A stretch of 64,000 nucleotides of DNA, from contig LDXQ01000001.1 of assembly GCA_001443485.1 (NCBI GenBank), forward strand, positions 33,107 through 97,106, written 5' to 3'. The notes under the pieces were generated by a model. It saw only the letters and a list, made by a program, of their open reading frames with translations. It did not search any database and was not told the origin of the DNA. The number at the start of each line of letters is the position of its first letter. Within the stretch, counting starts at the first letter, position 1. The position numbers were made by a program, and so were the translations under genes. This DNA comes from Candidatus Sysuimicrobiota bacterium CSP1-3 (GTDB taxonomy: Bacteria; Sysuimicrobiota; Sysuimicrobiia; Sysuimicrobiales; Humicultoraceae). Positions 32,063 to 40,606 of this stretch are shown piece after piece.

Positions 32063-32700
32063 GTGGCATTAGCAAGACGTGAGGGCCTGACATATTCTGA
32101 CATGCCCGATGAAGATCTTGTCAGGTCCGCCAAGAATGGCGACAGCCTCGCCGCCGACTTTCTGATAGGCAAGTACCGCAACTTTGTCCGCGTCAAAGCG
32201 AAAGCCTACTTTCTGATCGGGGCCGACCGGGAAGACATATCCAGGAAGGGATGATCGGTCTCTATAAGGCCATTCGCGATTTCCGCGCGGACAAGCTCTC
32301 CAGTTTCCGGGCCTTCGCCGAACTGTGCATCACGCGGCAGATCATCACGGCGATCAAGACCGCCACCCGGCAGAAGCACATCCCGCTGAACTCCTATATC
32401 TCGCTGAACAAGCCGATCTACGACGAAGACTCGGACCGCACGTTGCTGGACGTGATCAGCAGCATCAAGGTCAGCGACCCGGAGGAGCTGGTGATCAACC
32501 AGGAAGCCTCCACCACGATGCGGGAGCGCATCCGCAAAAACCTGAGCGAACTGGAACACAAGGTGCTCACGGCCTACCTGGAGGGGAAGTCCTACCAGGA
32601 GATGGCCAACGAGCTGAACCGCCACGTCAAGTCCATCGACAACGCCCTCCAGCGCGTCAAGCGCAAGCTGGAACGGAATCTAGAAGGCGAGGAAGAGTAA
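32063..32700 (+). pseudogene. sigH: Sporulation/stationary-phase sigma factor SigH, split into two frames by an apparent 1-bp deletion near nt 32237-32240
   Basis: Frame A ends …KYRNFVRVKAKAYFLIGADREDISRKG*. Frame B reads HIQEGMIGLYKAIRDFRADKLSSFRAFAELCITRQIITAIKTATRQKHIPLNSY…KSIDNALQRVKRKLE. Together they are colinear with B. subtilis SigH (…ADREDIVQEGMIGLYKSIRDF…). Confidence 0.7.
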
Positions 32701-32841
32701 GTCTACCGCGTCGTCTGTCCCCGCTGCCGTCATATCATTCTGCTCGTGGCTCCCACCGAGGATGAACCTGTGCAGTGCCCGCGGTGCGGCGAACGGTTTG
32801 AGCCGGAAACGGAAGAGCTCGTCGACCCCGAAGACGAGTAG
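32701..32841 (+). CDS. C4 zinc-ribbon small acidic protein coding segment with no canonical start codon
   Basis: In frame directly after the sigH TAA: VYRVVCPRCRHIILLVAPTEDEPVQCPRCGERFEPETEELVDPEDE*. GC3-rich. First in-frame GTG lies after the first CxxC. Confidence 0.3.
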   Translation, partial: VYRVVCPRCRHIILLVAPTEDEPVQCPRCGERFEPETEELVDPEDE

Positions 32842-32856
32842 GCTGCAGTCGGCCCA

Positions 32857-33666
32857 GTGAGTGGCGGCGGGCCCGACGCCGACTATGAGTATCGCGGCCT
32901 GGTCGCCGCGACCTGGGACCTGCTCCGCGGCGACACCGCTGGCTGGCCGGACCGGGCCTTCTACTTTGACCTCATCCGCCGCTCCGGTGAGCCCGCCCTG
33001 GACGTAGGGTGCGGGACGGGACGCCTTCTGCTGGACTACCTGGAGCAGGGGATCGACGTCGACGGGGTCGACGTTTCCCCCGACATGCTCACGCTCTGCC
33101 GGGCCAAGGCGCAACGGCGGGCGTTGCAGCCCACGGTGTTCCTGCAGGCGATCGAATCCCTCGATCTGCCCCGACGCTACCGCACGATCATCGTCCCTTC
33201 GTCCACGTTTCAGCTCCTCACCGACCCACCGGCGGCGACCCGGGCGATGGAGCGGCTGTTCGCCCATCTGCAGCCCGGGGGCGTCCTGGCCATGCCGTTC
33301 ATGATCCTCTGGAAGCCGGGTGACCCGCGGGCGACGGAGTGGCGGCTGATCGTGGAGCGCGCGCGGCCGGAAGACGGCGCGGTCGTGCGCCGCTGGTCAC
33401 GCGCGGACTACGACGCCGAGGGACAGCTGGAGCACACGGAAGACCGTTTCGAGGTGACGCTGCGGGGCGCAGTGATCGCGGCCGAGCACCACCGGCGCTC
33501 GCCGGCCACACGGTGGTACACTCGCGCTCAGGCTGAGGCGCTCTTCGCGCAGGCTGGGTTTGTCGACCGGCGCGTGTACCACGAGTTCACCTGGCAGCCC
33601 GCCGCCGAGGGGGACGTGGTATTCACGATGCTGGGGACCAGGCCCGGCGGCGCATCTCTCCCCTAG
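32857..33666 (+). CDS. Class I SAM-dependent methyltransferase
   Basis: 269 aa. Motif I LDVGCGTGRL. Post-I acidic residue. Typical MTase fold pattern. Confidence 0.75.
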   Translation: MSGGGPDADYEYRGLVAATWDLLRGDTAGWPDRAFYFDLIRRSGEPALDVGCGTGRLLLDYLEQGIDVDGVDVSPDMLTLCRAKAQRRALQPTVFLQAIESLDLPRRYRTIIVPSSTFQLLTDPPAATRAMERLFAHLQPGGVLAMPFMILWKPGDPRATEWRLIVERARPEDGAVVRRWSRADYDAEGQLEHTEDRFEVTLRGAVIAAEHHRRSPATRWYTRAQAEALFAQAGFVDRRVYHEFTWQPAAEGDVVFTMLGTRPGGASLP

Positions 33667-34130
33667 CCGCGGGCGGTGGAAGGGGCACGGCGGGGGCCAG
33701 ACCAGACGTACTCTTCCGTGCGCTTCGGGAGCCAAAACCCCAACGGGAAGAGGCTCCACCAGCGGCGGTGCACGGACGACCTCGCGCCCTCAAGCGGGAA
33801 TGTCCCTACTTCTATGAGATCACTCCCGTGGAAGACCAGGCGGAAGATGACCTGGTCTTGCAACACGTCGCTGACGAAGTCGATGGTATCGGTGAACGCT
33901 TTCCGCCGAACCTCTTCTGGAGTCTCGCTGTGGTTCAAATCCTCGGGAATCGCCGTGGAAAGCACTGTGCCAATCTTGACGGCGATCGGCCCCTCGTCAC
34001 CGGGCTCGATGAGGAGATCTCCGAGTGTAGGATGGGGGGCCCGGATGCGCAGGTTGGGACCTTCTTCCAGGATCACCGCCGCGGGCACAACCCGGCGCAA
34101 TTGTTCAGCAATAGCGTCCCGCATACGCAC
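33663..34130 (-). CDS. Hypothetical protein
   Basis: 155 aa. The only ORF covering an otherwise empty ~460 bp. GC3 is lower than its neighbours. No domain recognised. Confidence 0.35.
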   Translation of the reverse strand: MRMRDAIAEQLRRVVPAAVILEEGPNLRIRAPHPTLGDLLIEPGDEGPIAVKIGTVLSTAIPEDLNHSETPEEVRRKAFTDTIDFVSDVLQDQVIFRLVFHGSDLIEVGTFPLEGARSSVHRRWWSLFPLGFWLPKRTEEYVWSGPRRAPSTARG

Positions 34131-34136
34131 GCCGCG

Positions 34137-35141
34137 TCAGCCGCCGATCTGGATCATCACGCGCTTCTCGGGGAAGAGCCGCTCCGCCAGCGCGTGACCG
34201 AACGGCCGGCGGTAGGCCCCGGCGGCGAAGATCTCCTTCAGTTCGTCGTACGACGCCCCGCGGCGCAGCGGCGTCAGTAAGTCCACTTCGTCGTCGCGCA
34301 GGAGGCAGAGACGCAGCCGGCCGTCGGCGGTGAGGCGGAGGCGGCCGCACTTGCTGCAGAACGGCTGGCTCACGGGGCTGATGAAGCCGAGCGTCCCGGC
34401 AGCGGCGCGTAACCGGTAGGTGCGGGCGGGGTCCCCGCCGGAGAGGTCGATCGCCTCCAGCGGTCCCAGCGCCGCCTCGATGCGCGCCATCGTTTCTTCC
34501 GAGGTGACGATGCCGGCGTCGGCCACGTCGGCGACCGCGCCGAAGGGCATCACCTCAATGAAGCGCACCTCCCAGGGGCGCTCCAGGGTGAGCCGCGCCA
34601 GCGAGACGACGTCCTCCTCGTTGAAACCCCGGACAACGACGGCGTTGATCTTCATCGGCAGCAGGCCCACCGCCTCCGCCCGCGCGATCCCGGCCAGCAC
34701 CCGCTCCACCCGCCCGCCGCGGGTGATGCGGCCGAACTTCTGTGGATCCAGCGTGTCCAGGCTGACATTCACGCGGCGCAGCCCGGCGCGCGCCAGGTCC
34801 GCGGCCAGGTACTCCAGCAGGATCCCGTTCGTCGTCATGGAGAGGTCCCGGATCCCGGGGACGGCGCCGATCGCGCCGACGAGGTCGACCACGGCCGGGC
34901 GGACGGTGGGTTCGCCACCGGTGAGGCGGACCCTCATCACGCCCAGCTCCGCGGCGATGCGCACCAGCAGCAGCAGCTCGCCGTCCCGCAGCAGCTCCTC
35001 AGGAGGCCGGAAGTCGATCCCCTCCTCAGGCATGCAGTAGACGCACCGCAGGTTGCAGCGGTCGGTGAGGGAGATTCGCAGGTCGTTGAGTTCTCGTCCG
35101 TACTGGTCGCGCATCACTGGGGAATACCGATAATGATCCAT
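34137..35141 (-). CDS. moaA: GTP 3',8-cyclase MoaA (radical SAM)
   Basis: CNLRCVYC radical-SAM cluster motif. C-terminal …RVMIQIGG typical of MoaA. Start could be 35114, 35141 or 35189 (ATG/ATG/GTG). Confidence 0.85.
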   Translation of the reverse strand: MDHYRYSPVMRDQYGRELNDLRISLTDRCNLRCVYCMPEEGIDFRPPEELLRDGELLLLVRIAAELGVMRVRLTGGEPTVRPAVVDLVGAIGAVPGIRDLSMTTNGILLEYLAADLARAGLRRVNVSLDTLDPQKFGRITRGGRVERVLAGIARAEAVGLLPMKINAVVVRGFNEEDVVSLARLTLERPWEVRFIEVMPFGAVADVADAGIVTSEETMARIEAALGPLEAIDLSGGDPARTYRLRAAAGTLGFISPVSQPFCSKCGRLRLTADGRLRLCLLRDDEVDLLTPLRRGASYDELKEIFAAGAYRRPFGHALAERLFPEKRVMIQIGG

Positions 35142-35241
35142 TCTACCGGCCGGGAGAGAGGGGGACAAGTCGCGCCGCTGGGTCGGCACCGGAGGCGCCC
35201 GCCCGGTCCCGCTCCGGCGGTATGTTAGCCTGAGGGGGAAG

Positions 35242-36399
35242 ATGTCCTACCCCTCCGTGATGGTGATCGGCGGCAGCCTGCCGCGGGCGACGTTGAGCGT
35301 GGTCCGCACCCTGGGGCGCCGCGGGATTCCCGTGTTCGGCGGCGACTCGCGGCGGCTGGCGCCCCCGGCGTTCTCCCGCTACACGAGGCGCTGGTTCAGC
35401 TACCCCTCCGGCGATGCGGCGAAGGCGCACGACGTCATCACCGCCCACGTCAACGCCTGGCGCCCCGCGGTCCTGCTGCCGGTCGGCAATCAGGGGTGGG
35501 CCGTGATCCTTCGCCACTTTGCGGACTACGCCGGCGTGACGGCGGTGATTCCCTCCCCGGGGTGGGACCTCTTCGAGCGGCTACGCGACAAGGCCACGCT
35601 CGCGGCCCTGGCGGAGGAGCACGAGGTGCCCGTGCCGCTGACCTTCCGGCCCCAGACACACGAGGAAGCCCTGGCCCTGCGGCATCGGCTGCCGTATCCC
35701 GTTCTGCTCAAACCCCGGGGCGGCGAGGCCGGTGTGGGGATCGTCCGCGCCGACGGCGAGCACCAACTGACCGAGGCTCTGACGCAGAGCGGAGAGGTGC
35801 CGCTGATTCAGCAATACGTCGACGGTGAGGATCTAGATCTCACCCTCTGCTGCGTCCACGGCCGGCCGGTCGCGGTGTCCACCTACGTGACCCTGCGAAA
35901 ATATCCCGAGCCGTACGGCGTCCCCGTGGCCTGCCGCACGACTCGAGACGATGAGCTGATGGAGATCGGGACCAGGTTCCTCGGCGCACTCCGCTATCAC
36001 GGCGTGGCCAATCTGGATTTCCGCCGCGACCGGCGGGACGGCCGGCCGAAGCTTCTGGACTTCAATCCCCGCCTGGCGGGGACGACCGAAGTCTCCGTCG
36101 CCAGCGGCGTCGACCTCCCCTGGGTGCTCTATCGCCTTGCCCTGGGGGAGGAACCGCAGCGGCTCCTTTCCTCTAAATCGGGGGTAGAGGTGCGCTGGCC
36201 GATCGGCGAATTCCAGCATCTGCTGGCGACGCGGGACAAGCGGTCGGCGCTGCGGGCACTCTGGCGGTGGCGGCGCGTGGCCACCAACGTCTCGCTGGCT
36301 GATCCCCTGCCGCACCTGGCGGAGGCGGTAGTGGCGGTGCACCGTTCGCTCCGGCGGACCCGCTGGTTCCCTAGCCGCGGCGAGCCACGGGTGGTCTGA
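35242..36399 (+). CDS. ATP-grasp domain protein (carboxylate-amine ligase-like)
   Basis: 385 aa. ATP-grasp pattern (YPVLLKPRGGEAGVGIVRA…LIQQYVDGEDLDLTL…ANLDFRRD…LLDFNPRL). Confidence 0.7.
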   Translation: MSYPSVMVIGGSLPRATLSVVRTLGRRGIPVFGGDSRRLAPPAFSRYTRRWFSYPSGDAAKAHDVITAHVNAWRPAVLLPVGNQGWAVILRHFADYAGVTAVIPSPGWDLFERLRDKATLAALAEEHEVPVPLTFRPQTHEEALALRHRLPYPVLLKPRGGEAGVGIVRADGEHQLTEALTQSGEVPLIQQYVDGEDLDLTLCCVHGRPVAVSTYVTLRKYPEPYGVPVACRTTRDDELMEIGTRFLGALRYHGVANLDFRRDRRDGRPKLLDFNPRLAGTTEVSVASGVDLPWVLYRLALGEEPQRLLSSKSGVEVRWPIGEFQHLLATRDKRSALRALWRWRRVATNVSLADPLPHLAEAVVAVHRSLRRTRWFPSRGEPRVV

Positions 36400-36418
36400 G
36401 CGCGCCGCTCCGCGGAGA

Positions 36419-37870
36419 TCAGGAGCGTCCAGGGACCGGCGCGGAGATCTCTCCAACCTGCAGGGCGCGCCGCCGGTAGAGCAACTCGAAGAGGTTGCCC
36501 TCGTGCGGCTGATCCCAGGCCACCTGCCAGGTGGGAATGGGGCCGATGTGCAGCCGCCCGATGTGCGGTGCCGCCAGCAGCCGGCGAATCACCGTTTCGT
36601 TACGGGTCAGAGCGGTGACCACCAGGGAGGGACCGATCGCCTCGGCCATCTCCATCTCCGGGATCTCCACGACGCTGGCAAAGGGGAAGAGGAACTCCCG
36701 GTTGGCCAGCGGATGGGCGAGGGAGTCGCAGCGGATGATCGTCGGCAGGAGGTAGGTTCCGCCGTGCGCCCGTACCAGCCGGCCGCCACCGCGGACGGCG
36801 CCGGTTACGTCCACCGCTCCGCCGCCGCGCAGCCCCTGTTCGATCGCGGCGTCGATCCGCTCCGCGATCTCCGGCCGCACGAACGCGGCGAGTTTCGCCT
36901 CCTCGTCCTCCGGCGGCCGCGGTTCCACCGTGGCCAGGCGCGCCGCCAGCGCCTCCGCGATCTCCGCCCCGCGGCGGGGGACGACGATGGTGGAGGCGTT
37001 GGTGCAGGAGCGGCCGCTGTTCTCCAGGATGGAAGAGATGCATACCTCCAGCGTCCCTGCCGCATCCAGAAGGTCTTCGCCGATCAGCACCTTGCTGCGG
37101 CCGGGGCCGTGGATCTCCACGCGGGAATCGCCGCGCCACGGCGCGGTCGTCTCGTCGTCTCCGAAGAGGAGGCTGCGCCCCGCGGAACGCAGGATCGCCA
37201 TCGCCCCCTCATGGTCGGTCGGGTAATAGGAGAGGGCGTCGGCCGGCAGCCCGGCGGCCAACAGCGCCTGGAAGAGGCGATAGGGGGTCCACGGGTCGTC
37301 CCGTCCCGGCTTCAGCGCCACCGCCACCTTCATCACGATCGCCGGGAGCCACAACGTGTTCACCCCGGGGGAGTTGCTCGGCATGACCACGCCGAGGGCG
37401 GGCGTCTGCGGGGCGAAGGCGCGCACGGCGCCGTTGTGCTTGACCCACCCGCCGTCCAGCAGAGAGAGGTCATCCTCGCGGATCAGTCCGCGGAGGACCT
37501 CCGGCAGGTGGGCGCATAGTTCGGCGATGCGGCGCACGTGGCGGCGCACGAGAGGGCAGGGCAGCCCGGTGCTGGCCGAGACCTGGGTGATGAACGCATC
37601 CGGCGATTGCGTCTCCTCGCCCAGCGGCAGCGTCTCGCGGGCGAAGAGTTCCCCCGCCCGCCGCGCCGTCTCCAGGAGATCGGCAGCGGGGAGCGCGCGC
37701 CCGCCGGCCGCCTCGCCGTCCGGGCGGAAGAGGTCCCGGCGGATCAGCGCGCTGTTCACCTGGCTGATCCAGGCCAGCGCCTCGCCGCTGCGGTAGTCGG
37801 GGACCGGCGCGCGGTCGGCGCTGGCGTAGGGACGGCCCAGGCGCAGCGCGGGAATGTGCGGCGCGGGCAC
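36419..37870 (-). CDS. LuxC-like acyl-CoA reductase (ALDH superfamily)
   Basis: GTG start overlaps the upstream stop (TAGTG). ALDH-like core (GVVMPSNSPGVNTLWLPAIVMKVAVALKPG…SGRSCTNASTIVV). The first ~87 codons of ORF 36419..38131 are out-of-frame overlap with the upstream gene. Confidence 0.55.
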   Translation of the reverse strand: MPAPHIPALRLGRPYASADRAPVPDYRSGEALAWISQVNSALIRRDLFRPDGEAAGGRALPAADLLETARRAGELFARETLPLGEETQSPDAFITQVSASTGLPCPLVRRHVRRIAELCAHLPEVLRGLIREDDLSLLDGGWVKHNGAVRAFAPQTPALGVVMPSNSPGVNTLWLPAIVMKVAVALKPGRDDPWTPYRLFQALLAAGLPADALSYYPTDHEGAMAILRSAGRSLLFGDDETTAPWRGDSRVEIHGPGRSKVLIGEDLLDAAGTLEVCISSILENSGRSCTNASTIVVPRRGAEIAEALAARLATVEPRPPEDEEAKLAAFVRPEIAERIDAAIEQGLRGGGAVDVTGAVRGGGRLVRAHGGTYLLPTIIRCDSLAHPLANREFLFPFASVVEIPEMEMAEAIGPSLVVTALTRNETVIRRLLAAPHIGRLHIGPIPTWQVAWDQPHEGNLFELLYRRRALQVGEISAPVPGRS

Positions 37871-38991
37871 TAGTAGACGCCCTCCACGATTCGCTCCCCC
37901 ATCCGCTGGAACGGGCGCACGTCCCGCCCGCCGTCCCAGGGATAGAGGGCACACGGCGGGGCGCGGCGGGCCTCGTCCCGCTCCAGCATGTTGGGCATGA
38001 AGAACTCCCGCGTCATGGTCGACAGGAGGACCCGGCCCCACGCGCCGTAGTCCACGTCCTGCGTCGGGTCGGCGGGATCGACCACCCGCAGCACGGCGCG
38101 CGGCTGCGGCCCGTAGTAGACGACGCTCCACTCGTCCTCCGGTTCTAGGGGCTTGGCGTAGGCCACGCCCATGAGCACGTTACCGTACGTGGGTTCAAAC
38201 TGGACCTTCCCCTCCAGGACTTCCTCGACGAGAAAGCGTGTGACCTGCGGGCTCATGGACGTGCCGCCGCAGAAGACGCCGACAATCCCCACGCCGGGGA
38301 GGGAGAGACGCTCCGCCAGGGCCTCCAGCAACCGCGGCGTCGCGTACATGGAGCGGATCGGCCGGTGTTTCAGCAGGACCACCGTCTGCTCCATCAGGTG
38401 GTCCATGTAGTCGTCCAGTATCCCGGTCTGGCCCTGCTTCTTCAGGCGGACCACCCAACGGGGATCGAGGTCGATGTGGAAGCAGGCGCCCCCGCGGATG
38501 TTCGCCAGATACTCGACGGCCAGGCGCAGCCGGCGCGGCCCCGTGGGGCCCAGGTGCAGCCAGTCCGCGCCGAAGGGAAATCCTTGCGGGTTCAGTTTTT
38601 CACTGAAGGCGGCATAGTCGGTCTGGAAGTCGTTCCAGTTCAACCGCTGCTTGGGCATGCCGGTCGTGCCGCCGGTCTCGAAGACGTGGTAGGGCTTCCC
38701 CCGGTAGGCGTGGGGGATCCACTTGCCCAGCGGCGTGTAGCGCAGCCAGTCGTCCTGGAAGAAGCCGAAAAGCGCCAGGTCGCGCACGCCCTGCACCCGG
38801 TCCCGCGGGTCCCAGCCGGCACCCTCCTTCCACTCCAGCCAGAACGGACACCCCGTCTCCGGGCTGAAGTGCCAGGCCATCATCTCGCGCACCCAGCCGT
38901 CGCGGACCGCCGCGGCGCGGGCGACCGCGTCAGCCAGTCCGGACGCCGGCGTCTGCGCCGCCGCCTCCCTGCCTGCTCTGGAAACGCTCAT
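37870..38991 (-). CDS. LuxE/PaaK-like adenylate-forming acyl-protein synthetase
   Basis: ATG at 38991 is preceded by GGAGGAGG. Adenylation motif FETGGTTGMPK. Second glycine-rich motif GVFCGGTSM. Translationally coupled to the LuxC-like gene. Confidence 0.55.
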   Translation of the reverse strand: MSVSRAGREAAAQTPASGLADAVARAAAVRDGWVREMMAWHFSPETGCPFWLEWKEGAGWDPRDRVQGVRDLALFGFFQDDWLRYTPLGKWIPHAYRGKPYHVFETGGTTGMPKQRLNWNDFQTDYAAFSEKLNPQGFPFGADWLHLGPTGPRRLRLAVEYLANIRGGACFHIDLDPRWVVRLKKQGQTGILDDYMDHLMEQTVVLLKHRPIRSMYATPRLLEALAERLSLPGVGIVGVFCGGTSMSPQVTRFLVEEVLEGKVQFEPTYGNVLMGVAYAKPLEPEDEWSVVYYGPQPRAVLRVVDPADPTQDVDYGAWGRVLLSTMTREFFMPNMLERDEARRAPPCALYPWDGGRDVRPFQRMGERIVEGVY

Positions 38992-39031
38992 AAACCTCCT
39001 CCGGGAGCCGGAAAACCGGGTACTGGTCTTG

Positions 39032-39046
39032 ATTCCCCAGGGGAAT
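39032..39046. promoter_or_regulatory. Perfect 7-1-7 palindrome in the divergent promoter region (candidate operator)
   Basis: ATTCCCC-A-GGGGAAT. About 40 nt upstream of the LuxE-like start and ~400 nt upstream of the divergent response-regulator gene. Confidence 0.3.
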
Positions 39047-39440
39047 GAACACCCATTGGTTCGCGCTTCCCGCAGCCTCTCCCTGCGCTGACTGCATGGA
39101 GACAACCGGCGCTCAAGTTCCCCAAAAGAGGCCTGAACGACCCGGGGTGTGGGCATATGCAAGGTGTGTCCGCCGGCGCTCTCATCGCATCCTTCCCGAC
39201 TTGCCCGCGTCCCCGGCTTCGAGGCTCTATCGTCCGGCGCGGTGACGGACGTTCGCCCGGTGGGGGTAGCTCCGACGTGCGGCAAGTGCAGGGATGGACT
39301 GCGCCCACAGCCAATTACATCGACACACGCCAACAGAGGCCACTGGTCCGCTGGAGGACGCGCACCGTCCTCCCGATTTCGTGGAGAGTCAGCCCGGAGT
39401 GGGCTTCATGGCACTCCGCTCGGCGTTTGGGTAGAGACCG

Positions 39441-40094
39441 ATGAAGCCGATTCGCCTTTTGCTCGCAGATGACCTCATGCTCATCCGGCACGGGATCCGT
39501 GCCCTCCTGTCCAGCGTCGAGGATGTGGATATCGTCGGCGAGGTCTCGACCGCAGACGACGCGGTGCGCCTGGCCCGCGAACTGGTCCCGGACGTGGTCC
39601 TGATGGATCAGGACATGCCCGGCGACGGGTTGGCGGCGACCCGGTCGATCAAAGAGCAGCTCCCCGACATCGAGATCATCGTCATGACCGACCGCCTCGA
39701 CGACGTGAAGGCGCTGCAGGCGATCGACGCCGGCGCCACCGGCTACATCCTCAAGGACATCCCGGCGGCCAACCTCACCGCCGCCCTCAAGGCGGTCTGT
39801 AACGGCCGGGCCTTCTTCCACCCGGAGATCACCCGCAAGCTGATGGAGCGGCTGGTCAGCCTCTCCCGGGAACAGCGCACCCGCATGCGCCTGGAGTCGG
39901 AGGGGCTGACGCCACGCGAGCTGGACATCCTGATGGAACTGGCTAAGGGGAGCACCGACCGGGAGATCGCCGCCAAGTTCGTCGTGGCCGAAGGCACGGT
40001 GAAGACCCACATCCGGCACATTCTGCGCAAGCTGGGCGCCCGCAACCGCACCCAGGCGGTGGCGTACGTCCTGCGCAAGGGCGTCATCCAGTAG
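39441..40094 (+). CDS. NarL/FixJ-family response regulator (REC + LuxR-type HTH)
   Basis: 217 aa. Phospho-acceptor context LLADDLMLIRHG…VVLMDQDMPG. C-terminal LTPRELDILMELAKGSTDREIAAKFVVAEGTVKTHIRHILRKLG. Confidence 0.9.
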   Translation: MKPIRLLLADDLMLIRHGIRALLSSVEDVDIVGEVSTADDAVRLARELVPDVVLMDQDMPGDGLAATRSIKEQLPDIEIIVMTDRLDDVKALQAIDAGATGYILKDIPAANLTAALKAVCNGRAFFHPEITRKLMERLVSLSREQRTRMRLESEGLTPRELDILMELAKGSTDREIAAKFVVAEGTVKTHIRHILRKLGARNRTQAVAYVLRKGVIQ

Positions 40095-40385
40095 CGCTCG
40101 CGGCAGACCCTCACCCTTCCTCTCTATAGGGCTATGGCGCCCGGGGGGACGTGGCTACCTCGTCTCCCCGGGCAGAAATATATCCTTCAGGCGGCCCAAT
40201 TCGCCCTTTGGGGTATCGACGGGGCCGCAACACTGCTCTAGACTGCAACCAATCCTTCCAGGCATTCTCGCGGGGGCGAGGCCGATCCGTGGGTCTTTCG
40301 TGGAGCCGTGTAGTACCTGATCCCGTCCATCTCAACGCCCGGGCCGATCAGTGCTCCACCACCGTAGTCGATGGGGGGCAGCGCG

Positions 40386-40519
40386 TGGTGCGTTATCGCG
40401 GCGAGGAGTACGTCATGGTGGGCCTCTACTTCGCCCGCAGCCCGAGCGGCCAGCGCGAGCTCTTCTATGTCCTGCGGCTGCCCGACGGCGATGGCGGCGG
40501 GCCGCCACCGCACCCGTGA
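40386..40519 (+). CDS. Possible small ORF (~44 aa) in the EPS-locus leader
   Basis: GC3-rich frame …VVRYRGEEYVMVGLYFARSPSGQRELFYVLRLPDGDGGGPPPHP*. GTG preceded by GGGGGG. Upstream part of the listed ORF has low GC3 (non-coding). Confidence 0.2.
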
Positions 40520-40606
40520 CCAAAACCCGAACAATGCGGACGGCGCCCCGTGGCCGTCCGGACTGTCCGTTCTTGAGCGGTTCGCCAGTGCCAGGCATAC
40601 AGGGGG

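Noticed and set aside
36419-38131. Full 570-aa extent of the LuxC-like ORF; similarly the 5' extents of ORFs 37870..39333, 52251..54158, 55398..58007, 48452..50527 and 46675..47772
   Set aside because: The upstream portions are out-of-frame overlaps with the preceding genes (junk Arg/Pro/Gly-rich sequence). Internal GTG/ATG starts at the overlapping stop codons give proteins of family-typical length.
39315-40019. 234-aa minus-strand ORF
   Set aside because: Antisense to an unambiguous NarL-type response regulator (39441..40094). Its translation is low-complexity.
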